64,000 nt of DNA, from the NCBI GenBank assembly GCA_031553435.1, contig JAVBLQ010000033.1, positions 846 through 64,845 on the forward strand, written 5' to 3'. Origin of the DNA: Bacteroidales bacterium. Lineage in GTDB: Bacteria > Bacteroidota > Bacteroidia > Bacteroidales > Azobacteroidaceae. Below are positions 46,503 through 55,338 of this stretch, piece by piece (within the stretch, counting starts at the first letter, position 1; each line of letters opens with the position of its first letter). Under the pieces are notes generated by a model. It was not told the DNA's origin. It worked only from the letters and a program-made list of their open reading frames with translations, and searched no databases. The position numbers were made by a program, and so were the translations under genes.

Positions 46503-49500
46503 ATGATGCTAAGAACTTTCAAATCTAAATTACTACTGTTAACCGGTCTATGCTGGTTGATGTGTTTTTCGGCAGCTTTAGCCCAAAACATCGCAGTAAC
46601 AGGTACTGTTACAGACGAACTTGGTCCCTTAACAGGAGCTGTAATATCCGTCAAAGGAACAACCATAGGAACAATCACCGACCTGGATGGAAATTTTTCC
46701 ATTAGCGCTCCTTCAAACGGGACATTAAAAATTTCACTCCTGGGATATCTTTCACAAGAAATCAGTATCAACGGACAAAAAACAATCCATGTAAAAATGA
46801 AAGAAGACACCCAACAATTGGAAGAAGTTGTTGTGGTAGGTTATGGAGCCATCAAGAAAAGCGACGTAACCGGAGCGGTGGCTTCCGTTCAGGCCAAAGA
46901 CCTGAAATATCCATCTTCCAGCGTAGCTGAAATGATGAGGGGAAAAGCTGCCGGAGTACAAATCAATTTGGCTTCCGGACGCCCTGGGTCAGGTTCAACA
47001 ATGAGAATTCGAGGTAAACGTTCTCTTGCTGATGATGCAAATGTTCCATTATACATTGTTGATGGGGTAGAAGTCGAATCTATCAATGTAATCAATCCCA
47101 ATGACATTTCATCTATTGACATATTGAAAGATGCTTCATCTCAAGCTATATATGGAGCGCGTGCCGCTAATGGAGTCGTATTAATCACTACTAAAAGAGG
47201 AGAAAAAGGAAAACCTCAGATCACTTTTGATTCATACGTAGGAACTCAAAGCTTATCGAAAAATTTTGATTATTACAATGCGGATGAATTCTATGAACTC
47301 CGTTGGCAGGGCAAAAAAAACTACTATGGATACACTGATGACCAACGAACTCCGGATATCGTTTTAGCAGATAAAATGATGGAAGAAATGTATGCCAAAC
47401 GTGAATTTACCGATTGGGAAAATTTGATGTTCAGCAATGCCATCAGTCAAAAATACGACATTAGCGTCAGAGGCGCTACCGACAAAATGAGAATCGCTTT
47501 CATGATGGGATACTTTGACCAGGATGGTATGGTTGATAAATCTAACTACAGAAGAGCCAACTTCCGACTCAATGCAGATTATGATGCATCGAAGTTTTTA
47601 TCCTTAGGTTCAAATATTTCATTTATTAAAGGTTGGTCGCAAACAGAAGACGGTTCTTTTGACGAATTTATTACGAGACCTCCTATCGCAAAAGTTTACA
47701 ATGAAGATGGCAGCTATTCTCCCGAAATTAACACTGAAGGATTGGAGAATCCATTGTACAAAAATCAACATTCCGACCAGAAATCCATATCAGATCGTTT
47801 GGATGCAAATCTCTATCTCAATCTGAAACCTTTTGCAGGATTCAATTATAAATTGAATCTAGGTTACCGGACAAGATTTACAGAAACCGGAGTCTTCAAA
47901 GATAGTGAATATGCTCCGGAAAAGACATTTAATTCAGGAACTTTGACAAACACTTATTTCAATAAATTATTGTTGGAAAATATTTTTTCTTATGAGAAAA
48001 AAATCGGGTCTGAACATAAATTGACGTTAACCGCCGTTCAAAGTTACGAAAAAGAAGAAACTAAAACCATGGGATTTGGAGGTAGTCAACTTCCGGTAGA
48101 TTTCTTTGAGTGGAACGGATTACCGGATGCTATACAACCCAGCAAACCGACTCGTGGCATTACAGATAGAACCATGATATCTTTTCTTGGCAGGGTGAAT
48201 TACTCTTTATATGACAGATATCTATTAACAGCTTCTATTCGTAGAGACGGATCGTCTGTCTTTGGGGAAAATCATAAATGGGGAAATTTTCCATCCGTCG
48301 CATTGGCCTGGAGAATTTCAGAAGAAAAATTCGTCAAACCAATAGAATGGATTGATAATTTAAAATTCAGATTAAGTTATGGAGCCGTTGGAAATCAATC
48401 ACCTCTTCCTCCTTACCGGACTTTGGGATTAACCTCCGGTTACGATATGCGTTTCGACGAAAATATTTTGATTGTCGGTTATTCGCCTACCAATGAACTG
48501 AATAATCCCAATTTAAAATGGGAATCAACAACTTCTCTGAATGTCGGATTGGATTTCGGATTTTTTGACAATAGAATTACCGGAGCAATCGAACATTTCA
48601 ATACTACCACTAATGATTTGCTTGTTAAAAAAACGATAACCTCTACATCCGGCTATACTAATATGTGGGATAATCTGGCTGAGAGTAAGACAAGGGGTTG
48701 GGAACTTACTTTAGGAGGTGACGTTATTAGAAAAAAAGATTTTAACTGGAATGTAAATGCAACACTTTCTACTGCAAAATCTGAAGTTGTCAAAATCAGT
48801 GGAAAGGTAGATGCCGATGGTAAACCTATAAATGACATTACAAACGGCTGGTTTATCGGAGAACCCATTGATATAACTTATGGATTTATTTTTGATGGAA
48901 TCTGGCAGGCAAGCGATGATCAGGATGGTGACGGATTTATAGATAAAACCATCGACACTGATGGAGATGGAATTGCCGACAAACAAGTAATGGAAAATGC
49001 CAAACCCGGAAATGTGAGAGTAAAAGACATTGATGGCAATGGTTATATTACCAATGACGACCGCATACCTCGTTCATTAGAACCAGACTGGATAGGTTCA
49101 TTAAGTTCAACCATTACATACAAAGGCCTTGATCTCTATGCCGAACTTTATACTGTTCAAGGTTTGTTAAAAAACAACAGTTACCTGAAAGGCGGAAACT
49201 TACAAGGAAAATTAAATGCCATTAAAGTAAATTACTGGACGCCGGAAAATCCTTCCAATGAATATCCCCGTCCGAATTATGTGAATCAGGATCCGTATAA
49301 TGGAGCTTTGGGTTGGCAAGATGGTTCTTATGTACGTCTGAGAACATTGACATTAGGCTACACCTTACCCAATAATGTATCTAAAAAATTCTTTGTGAAC
49401 AAACTCAGGCTTTATTGTACAGCAACAAATCTGTGGACATTGACAGATTATCTTTCATACAGTCCGGAACTTTCCGTCAATGGTTATCCTGAAGCTCGCC

Positions 49501-49532
49501 AAATCATTTTTGGTCTGAATGTTCAATTTTAA
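46503..49532 (+). CDS. SusC/RagA-family TonB-dependent outer membrane transporter
   Basis: 1009 aa. Signal peptide, carboxypeptidase-regulatory-like domain (VTGTVTDELGPLTGAVISVKGT), plug (VVVVGYGAIKKSDVTGAV), and a beta-barrel ending in FGLNVQF. Confidence 0.92.
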   Translation: MMLRTFKSKLLLLTGLCWLMCFSAALAQNIAVTGTVTDELGPLTGAVISVKGTTIGTITDLDGNFSISAPSNGTLKISLLGYLSQEISINGQKTIHVKMKEDTQQLEEVVVVGYGAIKKSDVTGAVASVQAKDLKYPSSSVAEMMRGKAAGVQINLASGRPGSGSTMRIRGKRSLADDANVPLYIVDGVEVESINVINPNDISSIDILKDASSQAIYGARAANGVVLITTKRGEKGKPQITFDSYVGTQSLSKNFDYYNADEFYELRWQGKKNYYGYTDDQRTPDIVLADKMMEEMYAKREFTDWENLMFSNAISQKYDISVRGATDKMRIAFMMGYFDQDGMVDKSNYRRANFRLNADYDASKFLSLGSNISFIKGWSQTEDGSFDEFITRPPIAKVYNEDGSYSPEINTEGLENPLYKNQHSDQKSISDRLDANLYLNLKPFAGFNYKLNLGYRTRFTETGVFKDSEYAPEKTFNSGTLTNTYFNKLLLENIFSYEKKIGSEHKLTLTAVQSYEKEETKTMGFGGSQLPVDFFEWNGLPDAIQPSKPTRGITDRTMISFLGRVNYSLYDRYLLTASIRRDGSSVFGENHKWGNFPSVALAWRISEEKFVKPIEWIDNLKFRLSYGAVGNQSPLPPYRTLGLTSGYDMRFDENILIVGYSPTNELNNPNLKWESTTSLNVGLDFGFFDNRITGAIEHFNTTTNDLLVKKTITSTSGYTNMWDNLAESKTRGWELTLGGDVIRKKDFNWNVNATLSTAKSEVVKISGKVDADGKPINDITNGWFIGEPIDITYGFIFDGIWQASDDQDGDGFIDKTIDTDGDGIADKQVMENAKPGNVRVKDIDGNGYITNDDRIPRSLEPDWIGSLSSTITYKGLDLYAELYTVQGLLKNNSYLKGGNLQGKLNAIKVNYWTPENPSNEYPRPNYVNQDPYNGALGWQDGSYVRLRTLTLGYTLPNNVSKKFFVNKLRLYCTATNLWTLTDYLSYSPELSVNGYPEARQIIFGLNVQF

Positions 49533-49544
49533 TACAATTATACA

Positions 49545-51206
49545 ATGAAAAATATAAAATATATCATCCTGTTATTTCTATCTGTCATTACAGTGACCTC
49601 CTGTACGGATATGCTGGAAGAAGAAAATAAAACCGAAGTATCCAGAGATTTCTTATACTCCAATCCTGAAGCATTGGAAAGAGCCGTCATTGCACTGTAT
49701 GCCATAGACCGTTCTTACTTCAAAAAAGACGAACAAACAAGTCCTTACGCTTATATGCTGGATATCGGAACAGACATCGACTGGTTTCGTGCCGGAGGAG
49801 GTTCAACATTTGCCAATTATGATGCATTGAATTCCAGAAATGCCAATGTAAGAGACTTCTGGACACAACAATACCAGATCATCGGAAAGTCGAACGAAAT
49901 CCTGGCTGCGGCAAGCACAATGGAACAAGACTCCCTTGTAACCAGAATTGTAGGCGAAGCCTCTTTATTCAGAGCGCACGCATACTATTGGTTGATGATT
50001 AAATTCGGAAAGATCTTCTTAACAACAGAACCAACCACTTACGAAAATCTGGACAAAACAACTTATTTTCCCGCTGCTCCTGAGGATGTGTGGAAATTAA
50101 TCAATGACGATCTGGATGTGGCAATTTCCATTTTAAGTTGGGATACACCCAAAGTGATTTCAGGCACCGAAAATGGCAGATACAACAAAGTTGTAGCCAA
50201 ACACATCAAAGCCAAAGTCGCCATGTGGACGCATGACTGGAAAGAAGCCATCAAACAATGTGAAGATATATTTGCAACCGGCAAATACGAATTAAAAGCA
50301 CAACCCAAAGATGTATTTGAAGGAGCTAACCTGAATCACTCCGAAACAATATACGCCTACCAGTTCAAAAATGATATTGGCGGAGGAGGTGCTGCATCCG
50401 ACGGTAAATTCGTAGGACATCGTCTGGGTATCATCACCGTTGCCCAATACCGCCTGATTATGGGTTATGAAGACTTAGCCTTGGGCGGATATGGCTGGGG
50501 ACGTTTGATGCCGAACAACTATCTGTTCAGCCTTTACACAGATAAGGTGAAAGATAAACGCTATCAACAATTTTTCCGTCACTATTTTACTTATGAAATG
50601 ACTGATAAACTCCCTGCCGGAAAAGCTCTGGGCGACACAATATTCCCGACCAATGCATCTCAATACTGGGAAAACTTCCATCCGCAATGCACCAAATTTG
50701 TTGACAAATGGACGGCTTTAACGCCCAGTCAGACCAACAGTTTCAAAGACGTTATCCTCTATCGTCTGGCCGAAACATATCTCATTGCCGCCGAAGCTTA
50801 TATGAACGACGGCAATCAGACAAAAGCCCGCGAATATTACAACAAAACATGGACACGCGCAGGAAACGACCCCGAAACAAGAGACATCACCCTGCAAATG
50901 ATCATGGATGAAAATGCCCGCGAACTATGTATGGAAGGACACCGTTTCGCATTCCTGAAACGAATCGGCAAACTGGCCGATCAGGTCAGAAATTACGGTG
51001 GAGAATTTACAACCAACGCCGCTGCTGCCGGTCGCAACAAAGGAGTAAACGTTCCCACATCATACTATAAATCGTATGCTGCCCCTGCCGCCGCCGCCAA
51101 CCGTCGCTATTATTTCAAAGACGGATACGAAAACTGGCCGATTCCACAAGCTGAAATCGATCAGATGGGAGCGGAGAATTTCCCGCAACATGATGTTTAT
51201 AAATAA
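49545..51206 (+). CDS. SusD/RagB-family nutrient-binding outer membrane lipoprotein
   Basis: 553 aa. Lipoprotein signal ending in VTSC, TPR-like helical pattern, and position directly after the SusC gene. Confidence 0.9.
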   Translation: MKNIKYIILLFLSVITVTSCTDMLEEENKTEVSRDFLYSNPEALERAVIALYAIDRSYFKKDEQTSPYAYMLDIGTDIDWFRAGGGSTFANYDALNSRNANVRDFWTQQYQIIGKSNEILAAASTMEQDSLVTRIVGEASLFRAHAYYWLMIKFGKIFLTTEPTTYENLDKTTYFPAAPEDVWKLINDDLDVAISILSWDTPKVISGTENGRYNKVVAKHIKAKVAMWTHDWKEAIKQCEDIFATGKYELKAQPKDVFEGANLNHSETIYAYQFKNDIGGGGAASDGKFVGHRLGIITVAQYRLIMGYEDLALGGYGWGRLMPNNYLFSLYTDKVKDKRYQQFFRHYFTYEMTDKLPAGKALGDTIFPTNASQYWENFHPQCTKFVDKWTALTPSQTNSFKDVILYRLAETYLIAAEAYMNDGNQTKAREYYNKTWTRAGNDPETRDITLQMIMDENARELCMEGHRFAFLKRIGKLADQVRNYGGEFTTNAAAAGRNKGVNVPTSYYKSYAAPAAAANRRYYFKDGYENWPIPQAEIDQMGAENFPQHDVYK

Positions 51207-51208
51207 AT

Positions 51209-51312
51209 GGTGAAGGGGTCGCTTCGCTCCTGTGAACTCACTTCGTTCGTTGTGAAGGTTTCACTGTAAACGAAGTGAATTTCACAGGAGCGAAGCGACT
51301 TTCACCTTTCAC
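51209..51312. repeat. ~110-bp palindromic repeat, GTGAAG-TCGCTTCGC family, copy 4 of 4
   Basis: ggtgaaggggtcgcttcgctcctgtgaactcacttcgttcgttgtgaaggtttcactgtaaacgaagtgaatttcacaggagcgaagcgactttcacctttcac. Lies inside the PUL operon between SusD and the next gene. Confidence 0.85.
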
Positions 51313-51329
51313 AAATAAATTCTATGCAC

Positions 51330-54284
51330 ATGAAAAAAATACTACTCCTGTTATTCATCCTGACAACCACTATTGTCAACGCAGAAGACATTATCCTGAC
51401 TCCAACGGATGACGCATTGGTACAGCGCCTGCAAACCGTACCATTTACGGGGACTACACAAAATTTACTCGTCAGAAGAGGTACGGAAGAACCTTTATAC
51501 AACCGCTATGCCGTTTTCAAATTCGATATATCCTCCCTTCCTGCAACTATAAGCGGAGATGTACTGTTCCGGTTTTATTTCAAAGAAGAACGTTCAGGCA
51601 GTAATCTGGTATATTATGATATTGTCCGGCAACTCATAGCGGCCGAATTACCGGGATGGAACTGGACGGAGGCAACACTCACTCCATATACCGTTCCCAC
51701 TCCGACATCAACACACAACAATCAATTTACGGCATACATACAAACGTTGGAAAATGCACGGAAAGACATTGTATCCGTCAGCCGGTCCACCATCACTACA
51801 GGTGTTTACTGGGAATGGGATCTTACCGATTTTGTTAAAGACAAAAAAGAAAAAGGAGAGTCGACCTTTACCCTTTTGATTTATGAATCAAAAAACACAG
51901 GAGGCCAGGGCTCCAGCGATATGTATTTTCTTTCCAAAGAAAGCGCTGCAAATAAACCTCACATGGTTGCGACATCGGTTTCTACCAACGCTCGGCTTGC
52001 TTCTGTTTCTATCGACAAAGAAGGGACAGGTAATTTCGTAACTCTTTCTGATTTTGATGAATATAAAACAAATTATACTTATCAATTACCGGCAACAGCA
52101 ACAGAAACCCCTGTTATCAATGCTGTTCCGAAGAAAGCAGGCGCTTCTATGCAAATACAACAGGCGCAAGGCATTGAAGGTGAAGTAGAAGAACGTTCGG
52201 CAACAATCACCGTAACAGCACTCGACGGAATCACTCAACAAACTTATACCATCACTTTCGAAAAACAGGAAAGTGGGGGAGGAGGCGCCACCACCGTGGA
52301 ACTCAAATTATGGAAATCGGCCACAGCCAAATATACAAGGAACGCACAAATCGTTTCGTTAATGCCCAACTTTGAGAAAGACGAAAACGCCATAGATGTC
52401 GAAAACTGGTATGGTAGCAATCACAGGTTAAGAACAGACTCTACCGGATTTTTCCATGTCAAAAAAATAGACGGACGCTGGTGGCTGATCGATCCCGACG
52501 GTTATGCCGGAATCAATAAAGCGGTGACCACCATCAATACACCTGCCAATAAAGCAGATTGGGCTTATGACTTATTGAAAAACTTAGGATACAATGGCGC
52601 CGGTAACTTCATCACTCCTGAAAATCTGCCGGTCACCCAATACAACAACAAATCATTTGAGCCATTCTCTTATACCCGCCGGGGGTTAAGTGATAAAGGC
52701 AGTGGCGGAGGGTTCTTCCAGCGATTCAACAATCCATTTCCCGCCGGAAAAACACAGGCAAATTATATCACCATCATGGGGCCGGAATTCGAAACATTCT
52801 GTGACAACCATGCCAAAAACTTTTATGCACCTTCAGCCAATGAACGGAATTTGATGGGTGTTTTTTCAGACAACGAAATCGGATTCAACCAGGATCAATT
52901 ACAATTGTTCCTGCGCGACCTCCCCGAAACAGATCCGAACTATATTTTTGCTTTGAATTTCATTACAGCAAAAGGCATTTCCTTGAGCACTGTTGTCAAT
53001 AATTACACTTCGGTTTCCAATGCCGTTAAAGAAGAATTTGCCGGACTTATAGCCGAACAGTATTATAGCAAAGTATCTGTTGCCATCAGAAAATACATGC
53101 CGAATCATCTCTATCTGGGAAGCCGTTTGCATGGCCGTCCGCGTGGTATCAGACAAGTAGTGGAAGCTGCAGCACATTATTGTGATGTCATTTCGGTCAA
53201 TTTCTATGATTATCCTACACCCAACGACGAAATCACCCATCCTAAAAAATGGAAAGAATGGACACTCGACAAACCTTGTCTGATTACCGAATTCTATGCC
53301 AAAGGTCTTGAACCCAGCAATATCGATATGCAGGACGGAGCCGGATATATGGTTCGGACACAAAACGATCGCGGCGTATTCTACCAAAATACCTGTCTGG
53401 AAATACTTCAATCCAAATACTTCATCGGTTGGCAATATTTCCGCTGGATCGATGACGGGACTTCCAACAAAGGCATCGTGTCGGTCAATTACGAACCCTG
53501 GACAGAAATGGGTAACTACATGCAGGAACTGAACACTCAGGTATATAACCTGATAGACTTCATGGATAACAGAACTTATGATCCGGTCAAAACAACAACA
53601 GTAACATTGAATCCTGTCGCCGATTCTTACTTTAATACGCCTTCCGAAGCATTCCTGAAATTCTCATTAGGCAATTACAAAGATTCGCTTCAATACCTGG
53701 AAGATGCCTTTGTCCGTCTTTATGATGCTTCGGGAAATTATACCCAACACGAACTTACAATCTTTGGAGTAAACGATAACAACTGGGATGAGGCAACACT
53801 CACGCCCGAAACGGCAACTACAGAAATGCGTAGCGCTTTCGGAAAATTAAAAGCTAAAAAAGCCAGCATCTCAGCCGCCAAAGATTATGTGGATTTGAAC
53901 GTCCGCAACTGGTTGTTGAAAGGTGTCGATAAGCCCGAAAATGTGACTTTCAGGGTTACAGACAACACAAACGCCTCCTGGTATTCCAGAGAAAGCGATG
54001 TTAAAAAACCGGAACTGATCCTCAATTTCAGGGAACAAACTCCGACAGGAATCGCCAACCAAGAAATAAGCCGAACTCATGTTTATCAAAAAGGCGACAG
54101 ATTGTATTTCAACGGAATACAAGATATGACACAATGCAATATTTACACTACATCAGGAATATGTGTGCAGAAAAATAGGATCACATCTGACGGCAGTGTC
54201 GGTATTTCACTTCCGGCTGGGGTTTATATCATCCAATTATGGAATAAGAATCAAGTGAGTAACCATAAAATAATTGTTCAATAA
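51330..54284 (+). CDS. multidomain clan-GH-A-like glycoside hydrolase (family unassigned) with T9SS C-terminal sorting domain
   Basis: About 984 aa. Signal peptide, N-terminal beta-sandwich (NRYAVFKFDISSLP), cadherin-like beta-sandwich (NARLASVSID...YTITFEKQ), and a TIM-barrel-like core with candidate acid/base VFSDNEIGF and nucleophile CLITEFYAKG. A second FLKFSL-type sandwich follows, then a tail ending in GVYIIQLWNKNQVSNHKIIVQ. Confidence 0.55.
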   Translation: MKKILLLLFILTTTIVNAEDIILTPTDDALVQRLQTVPFTGTTQNLLVRRGTEEPLYNRYAVFKFDISSLPATISGDVLFRFYFKEERSGSNLVYYDIVRQLIAAELPGWNWTEATLTPYTVPTPTSTHNNQFTAYIQTLENARKDIVSVSRSTITTGVYWEWDLTDFVKDKKEKGESTFTLLIYESKNTGGQGSSDMYFLSKESAANKPHMVATSVSTNARLASVSIDKEGTGNFVTLSDFDEYKTNYTYQLPATATETPVINAVPKKAGASMQIQQAQGIEGEVEERSATITVTALDGITQQTYTITFEKQESGGGGATTVELKLWKSATAKYTRNAQIVSLMPNFEKDENAIDVENWYGSNHRLRTDSTGFFHVKKIDGRWWLIDPDGYAGINKAVTTINTPANKADWAYDLLKNLGYNGAGNFITPENLPVTQYNNKSFEPFSYTRRGLSDKGSGGGFFQRFNNPFPAGKTQANYITIMGPEFETFCDNHAKNFYAPSANERNLMGVFSDNEIGFNQDQLQLFLRDLPETDPNYIFALNFITAKGISLSTVVNNYTSVSNAVKEEFAGLIAEQYYSKVSVAIRKYMPNHLYLGSRLHGRPRGIRQVVEAAAHYCDVISVNFYDYPTPNDEITHPKKWKEWTLDKPCLITEFYAKGLEPSNIDMQDGAGYMVRTQNDRGVFYQNTCLEILQSKYFIGWQYFRWIDDGTSNKGIVSVNYEPWTEMGNYMQELNTQVYNLIDFMDNRTYDPVKTTTVTLNPVADSYFNTPSEAFLKFSLGNYKDSLQYLEDAFVRLYDASGNYTQHELTIFGVNDNNWDEATLTPETATTEMRSAFGKLKAKKASISAAKDYVDLNVRNWLLKGVDKPENVTFRVTDNTNASWYSRESDVKKPELILNFREQTPTGIANQEISRTHVYQKGDRLYFNGIQDMTQCNIYTTSGICVQKNRITSDGSVGISLPAGVYIIQLWNKNQVSNHKIIVQ

Positions 54285-54301
54285 ATTAAAATTAAAAAGT
54301 T

Positions 54302-55237
54302 ATGAAAAAAAATCTACTGTTAACAACGATTTGTGCATTTGCATTATGCACAGGATCTTTATTTGCACAAGAACGTCAAACAATCGCATCTTGGGATTTT
54401 GATAGTTTTGATGGTGCTCCGGGTACAGCAACTTACTCTTATTGGGGTACAGACGAAGTCGGAGGAACCACAAGACCTTGGGCTTTAAACGAATACCAAA
54501 GTAAGAAAAATGCTACGTTCGGAGCTGTATATGAAGGTGTAAGAGATGGAGAAAATATCTTAGCCAACATATCACACACATTAGTTACTACAACTTCATT
54601 CGGAAGCTACTGTCTGAATGCTTCCGGTGCCTGGCACAGAAATGATGAATTAGGACAAAGTACCCGATATTGGCTGATGGATAATATCACCACTACAGGA
54701 ATAAAAGACCTGATCATTACTTTATACATGGCGGGTGTCGGTTCTCAAGGCCCGACTCAATTCAAATTCGGATACAAAATAGGTAATGGCAATTGGGTGG
54801 ACGGAGACTTTAAGACAATCCGTTCTAATGCCGCTGCCGGAGCTCCGCTTGCAGTCGGTGACCTATGGACAGAAACAGTTCCTGTAGCATGTAACAATCA
54901 GGCAAAAGTTTCTTTCAGATGGGTAGTAGGAGAGAATATGTTGAATGGTTCTCCATTAGTTTCAGGAAGCGCTGTCCGTGTAGACAAAATTTTAGTTACC
55001 GGTATTGCTACAGCCACATCCATCTCAAACGCAAAAGCAGAACAATCAGTTTACGCCTCCGGCAACAAACTATTCAGCGATGTCGATGCCAACATCACAG
55101 TATTTAACTCTGTAGGAGCAAGTGTTTACAACGGAGCCATTCTGAAAGGCGAATCCGTTGAATTACCAACAGGAATCTATGTTGTAAAAGCCGTATCGAA
55201 TAACAATACAGAATCTGTTAAAGTTGTAATCAGATAG
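54302..55237 (+). CDS. secreted protein of unknown function with T9SS C-terminal sorting domain
   Basis: 311 aa. Signal peptide, about 230 aa of beta-rich sequence with no motif I recognise, and a tail ending in GIYVVKAVSNNNTESVKVVIR. Confidence 0.5.
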   Translation: MKKNLLLTTICAFALCTGSLFAQERQTIASWDFDSFDGAPGTATYSYWGTDEVGGTTRPWALNEYQSKKNATFGAVYEGVRDGENILANISHTLVTTTSFGSYCLNASGAWHRNDELGQSTRYWLMDNITTTGIKDLIITLYMAGVGSQGPTQFKFGYKIGNGNWVDGDFKTIRSNAAAGAPLAVGDLWTETVPVACNNQAKVSFRWVVGENMLNGSPLVSGSAVRVDKILVTGIATATSISNAKAEQSVYASGNKLFSDVDANITVFNSVGASVYNGAILKGESVELPTGIYVVKAVSNNNTESVKVVIR

Positions 55238-55320
55238 AACACTGAACACACGGATTACACGGAGAGTCACAGAAATATAATATTCCGCGAAACTCCGTGT
55301 ACTCCGCGTATTCCGCGTTC
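55237..55320. repeat. intercistronic hairpin element, ACACGGA/TACGCGGA word family
   Basis: gaacactgaacacacggattacacggag is about 70 percent complementary to ctccgtgtactccgcgtattccgcgttc. Begins at the upstream stop codon. Confidence 0.65.
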
Positions 55321-55338
55321 TATTCAAATACAAAAATC

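Noticed and set aside
52899-53435. 178-aa minus-strand ORF (and, likewise, the 175-aa plus-strand ORF at 30638-31165)
   Set aside because: Both are fully nested antisense to long, motif-supported genes (the GH-A-like enzyme and uxuA). No independent support.
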